A stretch of 64,000 nucleotides of DNA. Source: Camelus dromedarius (lineage: Eukaryota). Each line of letters opens with the position of its first letter. The first letter of the stretch is position 1. Position numbers and translations under genes: made by a program. The notes beneath the pieces were generated by a model. That model had not been told where the DNA came from. It ran no database searches and saw only the letters and a list, made by a program, of their open reading frames with translations. Below are positions 35,743-46,708 of this stretch, piece after piece. The DNA lies in NCBI RefSeq assembly GCF_036321535.1, contig NC_087438.1, positions 6,574,001-6,638,000 of the forward strand. The letters are read 5' to 3'.

Positions 35743-37718
35743 ATTTAAACTATAATAAAACAACTAAATATGTTTTTGTTTATTAAAAAAATGCAATGTG
35801 AAAACTTGCTTAATTTTTACTATGTTCCTGAATCCAGGACTGTTTTGAGAGCTGGGCCAGTAATATAAGCTGTAAGTTAGCAAAATAAGTCCTTGGGGCG
35901 ATTTACAGTTGATTGGAGACTATTAACCGCCTCGGGCAAATCAGTCATTAGCTGCTGCTGATCTGAAGGGGACAAAGCATTAATAATTCAATAAAGCAAA
36001 GGCTGCAGGCAATAAAACCTTGGGGTTATTTATTTAGCCAATTAGATTCGTTTTGGGTGGCAACCTTGCTCTTGTGAGTATGAATAAGCCATGTGTATTC
36101 TTCAATTAATAAGGAACACTGTACGCCGCAAATCTGCTCTTATTGCCTTTCAAGCTGGAAGACGGGAGGTACGAGTGGTCCTCCAGCCCGCAGAGGAGGG
36201 AAAAGCCGGCTCGGAGAGCAGCAGACTCATAACTTAACCACCTCACAGGGAACAGAGAGGCGCGGGAGAGGGGAGTAAATCAGGAGCCAGGGCTGCAGTC
36301 TTTGCTGCTCGACTCCCCTCTGACTCTCCATCCTCAATCAGGGAGGGACAGGGAGGAATCCACCAGGTAAAATTTAGATGTGCCGACAGGAAGACGGGCA
36401 CAGTTTATCACTGCGAGTGATGAACAGTCCCATCTTAACCCTAAGAGGCTGGAAAACGTGGTATTAATACACGTTTGTGTCATACGCGTGGGGCCGTTCT
36501 GTTTATACCTTGCTCTCAATTTGGGAACCAGGGGGTCCCTGAAGTGGACTGTTCTGGGGGGAGGGGGAGGTACTTCCGCCCAGGTCCCAGTGTATCCTGC
36601 AAATCGGGAGTCATCTCTGAGCCTTCACACTGTGACAGCCAAGCTGGGGGAAAAGAGTATTGCCACTAAAAAGACTGTCTAAACCTACAGAGTTCTCTGT
36701 TCACTGGGACAAACCATGGGAAATTCTGGAGACTTCTGCCTGAACTGTTAGGATTTAGAAATGTCTTCTTTTGCTTTCTTTTTTAGTTGCTTGTTTCCAT
36801 TTCTGATCTATATTTCGCTTCCTTTTCCCTTTCCCCGTCTCCTTTGCCTTTTTTTTTTTTTTTTTTTTTGGTCTCACTCATTTGTTCAGAGGCCAGACTG
36901 AATAGTAAGGAGAGGTGGCTGTCAGCTCGGAGGCACAGGGAAGGCCAGATGCTCAGAGAGACCAGTTGCTCCCTGAAAGGCCACTGAGAAGATTCCAGTG
37001 TGGAGATGCTCTCGGCACAGACTCGTCCTTTTCTCCAAAGAGCGTGGCCCTCCAAACCCCACAAAGAGAGATTTCTCACGCACAGACACATTTATATCTA
37101 TAACAGCCCCGATGAAGGCACAACACGGAAATCACATCTCCAAACCGTTTCTGTTTCCCTGAAATCGAACCGATGGTTCAGTGAACAAAACGTAAAGAAT
37201 CTCTGTCCTCATGAAACTTCACTGACCCCAAAGATTATCTTGGTCAAACCAAACGTACTTCCCTTTGGTCCTTCAGTGCACGTTGAACTGTGCTGCCCAA
37301 GGTCGGGGGTGGACACAGGAAGGCACTGCTGCGACCTGAGGGCTCAGAAGGGCTGGCATCGCCTCCATTTAGGTGATGGGTTTGTCTGACTTCAGCAGAT
37401 CCAGAAGATCTTCATCATGCTTTTAAACGTGGAAACGTGGTACAGAGAAATATCCTATTAATTCAACATAATCCCAGGGCCTGACACCAAGGGAACTGGA
37501 AGCCCCCTCGTACAGAGCAGCAGCTTACAGGAATGGAACTCAGGGCAAATAAATTCTGATTGAGGAAGAGAGAAAAATCAAGATATCCACTGCCTACAGT
37601 GGACATCCTTAGAGGTCAGCATTCTGGGTGGGAGGGAGGAGGGAGGGGAAACAGACCCTTGCGGGTGCCCAATAATGTGTGATGTGGATGTGGGTCACTG
37701 GAAGGGAACAAGGGGCCC

Positions 37719-37923
37719 CCTGTGGCAGGCGGCTCAAAGCTGAGCAACAAGATTTCTGGGGAGCCCTGATTCTCAGTGTTTGCCCATTTCCATGGTGTAT
37801 ATGCTCCCACCAGGGCCCACTGCGAGCTACCAGCAGGAGGTCACTGGACACAGGGATGGGAAGAGATGCAGGCAGTCAGCCCTCAGGAGGTGAGAAGACC
37901 CATCCAGCCCAGACCACCTCTGG
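37719..37923 (-). mobile_element. MER63A-like (hAT-Blackjack)
   Basis: GCCCTGATT..GTTTGCCCATTTCCATGGTGTATATGCTCCCACC..AGCTACCA..GTCACTG..TGGGAAGAGATGC. Confidence 0.75.
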
Positions 37924-38309
37924 CAAGGGAAGACAGGACTGAAGGGGGCCTGAGACCCTGAGACCCATTTCCCTCCTGCGGGGATGTGCTCTGGAAGGGG
38001 CTTCAATCTTGACAGACGGGGCTGGTGGATCATGTCCTCCAGGATGCTCAGTGGACCTTCTTTCCCTGCTCTCTCCCCATTTGCCTTTATAAACGACTGA
38101 GGAATTTAAAAATTCAGGAAGAGCACATATTAACTTAAATCCAAACCTCAAAGGATGGTTCATTTTCTTCCTGTTGTGACCTTACTGTATTAAATACTGC
38201 ATGAAATTGTCAAGCCACTCACTTGGATTTAGATGCACTTGAGTTATGTACAGACGTCCTGTTAGTGGCAGGCGTTCCCTGACCAAAGATCTTCACCTTC
38301 TCATTCTGA

Positions 38310-38540
38310 GTCTTCCTGGTCTCTCTTCACCTCTCCCTCTGTCGCCCCTTTCTCTCTCACTTCCTTCTCTCCCACTACCTTCTCTCTTTGGGGCTCCCTC
38401 CTCTTCTCCATCCCTCTTTCCCAGTCTCTCCCCACATCTTTCTCAGTCTCTTCCTCTCTCATCCTTCTCCTCTGCCCTCCTTCACTTCCCCCTTCCCATT
38501 TTACCTCCCCCACCTCTCTCTCTCCTCTCAGTTTCTCAGT
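38310..38540. repeat. Low-complexity polypyrimidine (CT-rich) tract, about 230 bp
   Basis: Almost entirely C/T on the + strand. Confidence 0.9.
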
Positions 38541-39884
38541 AAGGCAAAGATTTATATGCCTATCCTTATAAAATACATGGCAACTCAGGTCCTGGTTTCC
38601 AATCACGTTTAAAGGAGTGAGTGACGAGCCAGATTGTAGAGCTAACAGAAAGTCATAAATGAATCCGAGCACAGCAAATACTACCCATTACAAAAGCCTG
38701 AACAAAGCTCAGAGTGCATAAAAAGGTATGCATCGCCCATACAGACAATAATACGTACCAGAAACAAGTGCGGCAGGACAGAAAGAATGTACAGACATGA
38801 CAGAGTAAGCTACTAACCATTTAAATAAAGTCAGCTGAAAACGCTGCAGTAAGAATTCTGGATGCTACTTCCCTTTTATTCTCTTGCCCTGGTACATAGG
38901 AGCCAAGCCCTTAAATTCTTATGTTATCAAAAGATTCAGAAGAGAAAAGTGAATCAGGCCCAAAGATTGACATGCATGAGGCACAAAATGAGCACAGTTT
39001 AAAAATAAATGCTCTAAGATTTAAGGGGGAGGGAAAAAAAAAAGCAGTTGTGAGGGATTAGACACAGAAGAGGAAATCTATGAGAGATACAGACACCGCC
39101 GTGTTAATTACTTCTTTCTGCCTGACGCAGACAGTACTGCCAACATGTGCACGAGCAGAGAGACGGTAAGACGACGCTAAACGTGGCAGTTCTTGGGAGA
39201 TGATTCTTCATTCACAGAATAGTATTCTGCAATGCAGGGGTCCCAGGAAATACTAAGTCAAAATATTGTCGCTTAAGAATAGTAAAAAAGGAGAAAATGA
39301 ATTGTTGATATCTACAGATTTTTTAGAGGAAAAAGAACAGCTTTCCAACCTGAAACCATTAAAATGTAGGCAATTTTATAAAGAACTTTTTCCCACAGAT
39401 TAAGGCATAGCAGGTACTCCATGCTCTTCTGCTAAATAAAAATGAAAGCTCTGTTTACAGTTTTTAGAGTCATTTGACAAGTATGTCAATAATAATTAGC
39501 CACTAACTATTTCATTGGCCTCTCACGGTCAGAAAAATATAAAAATTTCTTTATGTGATCTCTTTGTTTTAACACACTGGTTCTTATTTCACATGTCATC
39601 AGGAGGCTGTAAGCAAACAGCTAGTTAGCTGGCTGTCACCATCAACATTCAACATCTTTGAAGTTAATGATACTAAATGGAAATGCTAGAACTATAATTA
39701 AGGGGTGTGTTTTAATAATACTACTGAAGAATTATTTTACACTTCAAGCAAAGTACTAGAAATAACTCAGTGGGCTAGGCTTTATAATATCATATTTGAA
39801 GTGTTACTTATCATTACATGTCAGTGTACTTATTAGAAATTCATTTTTTCAGTTAATATCTGTATAATTCATATACTCAATTAT

Positions 39885-40199
39885 TGCTGTGGTATGAATG
39901 TTTGGAGACCCCAAAAGTCATACGTGGAGATCTTAACCCCGAAAGTGATGATATTGGGAAGTGAAATTGATTAGGTCATGTGGGTGGTACCCTCAGGATT
40001 AAGACTAGTGCCTCGTAAGAGCAGCTGAGAAAGTTCCCTTGCCCCTTCCACCATGCGAGTATGTGGTGAGTAGGCACCATCTATGAACCAGAACTCAGGG
40101 CTTCACATCAGACACTGGCTCTGCCAGCACCTTGATCTTGGACTTCTCAGCTTCCAGAGCAGTGTAGGATATTTTATTATAGCAGCCCAAACAGACTAA
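39885..40199 (+). mobile_element. MLT1A-type solo LTR (ERVL-MaLR)
   Basis: TGCTGTGGTATGAATGTTTG..GATTAGGTCATG..GCCAGCACCTTGATCTTGGACTTCTCAGCTTCCAGA..TTATAGCAGCCCAAACAGACTAA. Confidence 0.87.
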
Positions 40200-40439
40200 T
40201 TGTGAAATTTTCTTTAAGAAAAAGCATATGAGGTATGTCAGTCTTGGTTCAACTACCATTTCATTTGGTCCAGTTCTCAAAATGAATCCTCTCTAAAGAT
40301 CTGCAGTGTTGGGGCTCTAGGGAGGTCCACCAAAGTATGGTCCTATGTCCTTATGGTCATTATGTCCCCACCCCTACTCTCCATCACACACATGTTCCTC
40401 CAGAGTCGGTGCACCTTCTGTTCACCAGACACCTACGGG

Positions 40440-40660
40440 TAGGATCACCAGATTTAGCAAATAAAAATACAGCATGTGCAGTTGAATTTGAGTTGCAGAT
40501 AAACACACACATAGTGTTTTAGGTTAAATGTAAATTTCAGATAAACAGTAGATACATTTTTTAGAGTAAATATAGCACAGATTTATACTAACAGAATTAT
40601 GCATTGTTTATCTGAAGTTCAAACTCAAATGGGCACCTTGTGTTTTATCTGGCAACCCTA
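40440..40660 (-). mobile_element. MER53 palindromic MITE (hAT)
   Basis: Termini TAGGATCACCAGATTTAGCAAATAAAAATACAG / TTTTATCTGGCAACCCTA; inner inverted arms TTTCAGATAAACA / TGTTTATCTGAAG. Confidence 0.85.
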
Positions 40661-41319
40661 CCTGGGGAAAGCTGTGTGAAACCTTGTATGGTTCAGGGTC
40701 CTGACCCTGGGTACCTGCCTCCTCATGCCATCATGAGGCCTTGAAAATGACAAAAAGGATGTGTGCGTTTAAAATAAAATATTCATGAAAGTGCCGTGTG
40801 GGACAGAAATCTTGAGAAATCCCTGAAAGACAGAAAGGAAATCAGTTCATGTAAACAGAGGAACTCACAGTCTCAAAAACAAACTAAAAAGATAGCTAGG
40901 AAACCCATAGTTCCTCGAGGGCTGCTCCAAGTTCAGAAGCAACAGATTCAATGATGGGCAAGAGAAACAAAGTCCACAGGGATTTGTCAGGGAACCCCAT
41001 TCAGAACCTCTAAACAATGGCGCCCACCACTCACACCCTGGGTCAGCAGCAAGAGCATCTGCTCTTGGGATGGAACCACCAGTGTGAGTACTTGGACCAA
41101 AGAGGCAGGAAGGTGCCCTGAATGACAGCTGATGCCCAGGAGGCATGAGACAGCAGGGCCCCACTGCACACCCAACCTCATCATCCTTAGTCAGTGAATA
41201 CCAAACATGGAAAGCGAACCACAGATGGGATACTCCAGGCTCTCGGGATGATCTACTGACCAACAACTTAGGAAAACCAACATCAGTGCAAGGAGTCACT
41301 GGAGAGCCGTATGGGTCCT

Positions 41320-41700
41320 ACATGTTCTTTAAGTTGACTCTTAGGTATTTTGTATTTGTGTTGCCATCATGAACGGGATGACATTACGTTGTTATGTATT
41401 CATCATTTATTGCTCATAAATAGAAAATTGTTGACCTTCGTGTATATATTTTGTAATTTGTAACCTGACTGAACCTCTTATTTCTTCCAATATTTGTAAC
41501 TGATTATCTTGTGTTTTGGGGGCCAATAACGTGGAGTAATTCTATATTTTCAGCTTCAACATTACAATTTTCTTATCTCCTTTTGTATCTAATCGCATTG
41601 CTTAAAATTTCCAGTACAGCATTAAATCACACTGGGAAACCTAGCATCATCTTTTTCCCACCATTAATGGGAAAAAGAGTTACCCTCGACACTTCTCCTG
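41320..41700 (-). mobile_element. Old L1M ORF2 (RT region) fragment
   Basis: AGGTATTTTGTATTTGTGTTGCCATCATGAACGGGAT..TATATTTTGTAATTTGTAACCTGACTGAA..TTTCCAGTACAGCATTAAAT, degenerate antisense L1 ORF2. Confidence 0.7.
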
Positions 41701-42237
41701 TTAGTTTTTGTTCTGCCTGGGAACACATGCTCTACCAACGCTCTCATCTGTGAGGCTACTCCATCCTTTCTTTGGCTTAAATCATTCACTTTTTGGTCCT
41801 TCTTTGGACAGGCGAAATCTGTCTTCCTGTGCATCTCCCCACTTGCACATGAAGTGAGAGGCAGTTGGAATACCCAGATGGCCTCACTGAGCACTTTACA
41901 ACTTGTAAGGAACACTGAAAAGTCCAGATGCTAAATGCACTGCTTTTCACAGGTAAGTTTGTTGAGAAAGACCACTTTGACGTGACATATTCTAATGTCA
42001 CTATATTCTACCCTTTGTGACCATACTCTTCATTACTGCTCTCAGGTCAGAAAGATCAGTGATAGTCTCAACCCTGTATCTGCTGACCACCAGCATCCGT
42101 GTGGGGCTTATGCCTCCCACACCCCTGCACAAGACCTTGTCCTCAGGCTAATCAGTTCCGAAACTGACCTGGTCCATGTTCTCTAATGTGCTGCCTGTGT
42201 GTCCCCAGATCACATTTACCTACAATATTTACTTTTT

Positions 42238-42316
42238 TTATTTCAACATTTTTTTATTGAAGTACAGTCAGTTACAATGTGTCAATTTCTGATGTACGGC
42301 ACAATGTCCCAGTCAT
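42238..42316 (-). mobile_element. 79-bp L1 3' tail with TSD
   Basis: Minus strand ends ..AAATTGACACATTGTAACTGACTGTACTTCAATAAAAAAATGTTGAAATAA; TSD TATTTACTTTTT at 42226-42237 and 42317-42328. Confidence 0.88.
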
Positions 42317-45300
42317 TATTTACTTTTTATATTCTAAAATAAAATTTGCCCATTATGGTGTCTTTTCTGGAAACAGAAAGATATTTAAATCTATTTGAAA
42401 TCCACCATCTGTTAAAAGTTGTGGAAAGGAGAACGTTCGAAATCTACAAAGTTCCTTCTGAAGTGAGTACATTTTAGTATGAACTATCCTGTTGTGTTCT
42501 TTTGGATTTTAAGTCCATACAGCTTCATTCACAAAAGCACCTTCTGGAAAGTTCACTAGCTGATTTGTTTGATTGGTTTGGTTTCTGGTTGTTGTTTATT
42601 TTGCGTTAAGCTCCCATGAGAATCTGCTTAACATTATCCTGACTATCAGCCCTCTTTGAACAGATCCCTGGTGGGGTTCACACACCATCTTCTTGCAGGC
42701 TTTCCCGAGGTCCAGACAGGAGGTGACACATAGAGACATTACATCCAAAGAGCCTTCAGCACTTTGGCCCAATTAGGAAAAAATAAAAATTGATTTGAAT
42801 GCAGAATTAAACTAACAATGATGGGTCCCACTGGCTCTAGTGGAAACTGTTCAAAAGAGAACAAAATGTTAGCTTTTTCATGAAATCTGCTTCTAGACCC
42901 TTACTAAATGGCAGGTGCTGTGCTTGGCCAAAGACACAAGAGCTCCTTTAATTCTAACTAAAATTGTGCAAAGGGGACGAAACATCAGCCTTTCCATAAA
43001 ACACATACTTCAGTCCCTCCTAGAAGACAGGCCTCTGTCAGGCTCAAGAACATAAGGAGATCGAAAAGCTGCCATCAGGAAGACAGGGTGGTGGGGACTG
43101 GCACAGATGGTGGTGAATGCATTTTGCCACAACTAGATGGAGTGTGGTGGATGTTGCCGAATACACCGCAAATGTCTGGTCCATTGGATTCCAGTATCAG
43201 AAGCGTGGAGAGAAACCACTCACCGAATCGCACGGTCAAAATAATTCAAATAGCATAAAAGAGTGAAGTGGATATTTCACACTTAAGAAATGAAAGTGTC
43301 CTTGAAACACAGCTTGGAGAAAGATGGGAGAAGCTCCAAATGGGAATGGTTATCACAACTCTGCTCGCAGACAGGTATGTTATTTCTGACATTATCATCC
43401 ATTACTATTCATTACAAATTTCTAACAGGTCACCCAAGTGAGTCTTTGCTCTAAATACAGTGCCTTCAAGCACCACTCAACTTTCCAATTTTTAGCTACG
43501 CAACACTGAGTTTTAGTTGGCACCACCTTCCTCTCACTGTGCTGTCTTTGGCATTTTTCTTCTTCCTATGTGATCAGGACAAAGTCACCAAATGAGCCAG
43601 GCAGCACAGACTATTTGAAATAAAATATATGAGAAACTTACAATTAGAGAAAGAAATGATTCTCATCTGCTCCCCCAACAAACCAAATTCCTTAGGTAAA
43701 ATAAACATATGTAAAGTGCCTGAGCTGATTTCTTCAAAACAAATGCACTTAAGAAAAAGGATCGCCAACTGTCTCCTGCTCATTTGCTAAAAAAAGAGCA
43801 ACGTTTGCGATTTGAGAACATTACAAAGGTCCAGCTTGAATTCACTAAAGGCAGAGCGTGTGTAATGCATCTTATTTAAATTGACACAAGTTTGGTTCGG
43901 GCACAACCCTACTCCTACCCCGCAGCTTTTACAGACTATGTGACATTTTCAGGAGTGCGTGAGATAGAAAAATAGAAGATCACCTCCTTTCTCCATGAGC
44001 TCCATCATTAATGTCTCTGTCGTGGAGAAAAAAAAATCTATGAAAATAATTTGACACTAAAATTATGTCTCGGCCATCCGCATTTTATTTCAAAAATATT
44101 ATTAAAGTGGATGCAAAATAAGTAAATAAATGGATTCCTTCCTCAGGGCAGTATCCAGTGACTGGACCCCCAGGGGCTGGCGTGGATGGCAACAACAGCC
44201 CTTAAAATAACCAGCCTCAAAGCTCTGACGCTAACATCTAGTCCCACATCTGGAGGGAGAATGCAGCCGCTGCCCTGCTGCTCCTTGGGGAGAACTTACT
44301 TAGGAGGCCTGGCGGGGGTGGGGAGGAGGCCTGTGGACGCTGCACCACAGGGGACAGGGTCCTTGAGGATAACCTCACATTTCACACAAGCCTGAACCCT
44401 GACTTCTTTTTTCCAACTCATCTCCCCGACCCGGCAAGTGTCAGCCCCGCTCATGCCAAAGCTCACACTGTCCCCATGATCACACACAGCCTGCCTTCCC
44501 ACTGTGTTCTGGATAAACAGAGAAATCACAGCAGAAACTCTGTTTTTTTCAGCCTCAGGGAGTGCCTTGTAAGCCAGAGCTGTCAGAAGCTGGTGGCAGA
44601 TCAACAGGAGAGAAACAAGGAGTCTCCCGTCACAAACCAGTGACAGGCGGCCCTCCTTTGGTGTCCACTCCCCGTGGCCAGCACTTCACTCACGCTGTCC
44701 TCAAGTTCAGCCTCCAGCAGAAGGAGTTGTACTTGTCTCACACATCCTTGGACGTCAGTTTCCCCTACCTGAGAACTGGGGAGAGTCGAGGCCCACCTGC
44801 TCTGTGTGAAGCTCGCCCCCTGGCTCTCTCCATAGCAGCTGCTCCCCCTACATCACGGACTCTGAAGTTCCTTCATGTTGATGTACCACCAAGACAGTCT
44901 AAGTGTACGACCTGAATAGATACAAATGCAGGTAAGACATTTAAGGAAGTAAAACTTGATGGATGGGTACTAAGCGTTGGCAAATCCTCTAAGAAAAGTC
45001 AGGTTCAGATTTCTATCATCAATTTCAGTGTTTTATTTCAATCAGATCACCTTTAAATTGCTACTGCCAAGCTAATGTTAAACTAGAAAGAAAAAATAAA
45101 AATAATTTAAGCAATAATTTAAAAAGAGAGAGAGAAAATTTATTATCACTGCCATGTTATCCATCAGAAAGGGGAAATTTATCTACAAGGGCACCTAACT
45201 TCTTGTAGATAAACTGGTTAGTCCTACCATCAAGAGTGGCGACTGTTATCCAATATATTCATTGAGAGAAGAAACCACATATACAATTAGTGGATTTGCC

Positions 45301-45418
45301 AGTAGTGCTCCTCACTTTATGAACATTCACGCTCTTCCTTGGCAAATCTGCCTCTTCCCAAATGACAGGCAAAAGGCACAGAGCAGCTTCTATGAAATCC
45401 ATCAGTTCCTTTGGAAAG

Positions 45419-45590
45419 TTCATTCACTCATTCAACAGCTATTTATTAAGTGTATCAGACAATTTTCTAGGCACTGGGGCTGAGTCGGCACAAGTCAGAT
45501 GAACAGAGCTGTTCTCTTGGCGCTCATGTCGCTGGAGAGGGCAAGAGACAATAAACAGCACAGTAAGTAAATGTTATAATAAGCTGGCAC
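45419..45590 (-). mobile_element. L2 3' end
   Basis: TTCATTCACTCATTCAACAGCTATTTATTAAGTG..TTCTAGGCACTGGGG..AGACAATAAACA. Confidence 0.75.
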
Positions 45591-45619
45591 GTGATCATTT
45601 CAATGGAGAGCAGAATCAC

Positions 45620-45810
45620 CCACTGACCACTTATTCTGCACCGAGCTTTGTGCACACAGCACCAAGAAGGCATTACTGACGCCTTTTCTGGAAGAGAAAA
45701 CTGAGACTCAGGAAGATTAAGAAACTTGCTTAAATTCACACGAATGGGAAGCTGACTCCCAAGTGGGGATTCAAAGGCACATCTGCATAACATTCGAGAG
45801 TGTCTGTCTA
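45620..45810 (-). mobile_element. MIR
   Basis: GAGAAAACTGAGACTCAGGAAGATTAAGAAACTTGCTTAAATTCACAC..GGATTCAAA. Confidence 0.7.
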
Positions 45811-46089
45811 ATGCTCACACTATCGGATTCTTGGGAAATTCTAGGGAGACCTCATTAACTAACTAACTAGAGAAACCAGGTCCCACACCTACCGCAGCCT
45901 CGGTGAGAAGTTGCCACAAGGGAACTGGACACCAGACGACCCAGGGCCCCTCGACCTCCCCAGTACCCAAGCTCCTCCTCCCCGACTCCGTGGCGTCTGC
46001 AACACCTTAATAGCACTTGCTTTTCATTTTAACAGAAATCTTTATTTAAAAGACAATAGTGTACAAGAGACCTCCTTTAAAAGCATACT

Positions 46090-46708
46090 GTCTTATCCAT
46101 AATTGCCAAAACATGGGAGGAACCAAGATGTCCTTTAGCAGGTGACTGGATGAAAATATCATGGTACAGCCAGACAATGGAATATGATTCAGGGCTAAAA
46201 GGAAATGAGCTAACCAGTCAAAAATGGGGAACCTTAAATGCATGTTACTAAGTGAAAGAATCTAATCTGAAAAACTACATTCTGTATGAGTCTAACTGTA
46301 TGACACCCAGGAAATGGTAAACCTACGGAGACAGTAAAAAGATCAGTGGTTGCCAGGGGTTAGGGCGGAGGGAAGGATGACGGGTAAAGCATGGGGGACC
46401 TCTGGGGCAGAGGAACTACTCTTTGTGGGGTTGCTTACAATGATGGATACACATCATTATACATTTGTCAAAACCCATGCCATGTACCCACCCAGAGTGA
46501 CCTGGTAAACCATGGACTTTGGGTGTTAATAATGCGTTAATGTAGGTTCATCAGCCATAACAAGTGTATGCCTCTGGGGGAAGCTACTGATGGCAGGGGA
46601 GGGTGTGGCTATATAGAGGAGAGAGGGGCGACATGGGAAATCGCTGTACTTTCCACACAACTGTACTGTGAACTAAAACTGTTCTAAAAAAATAAAGCCT
46701 ATCAATAA
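46090..46708 (+). mobile_element. L1MC-like 3' end
   Basis: ATAATTGCCAAAACATGG..ACCTTAAATGCATGTTACTAAGTGAAAGAA..GGAGACAGTAAAAAGATCAGTGGTTGCCAGGGG..AACTAAAACTGTTCTAAAAAAATAAAG. Confidence 0.88.

Noticed and set aside
38246..38672. Ser/Leu/Pro-rich and Arg/Glu/Gly-rich ORFs
   Set aside because: Artefacts of the CT/GA low-complexity tract. The same applies to 4803-5250 and 31512-31927.
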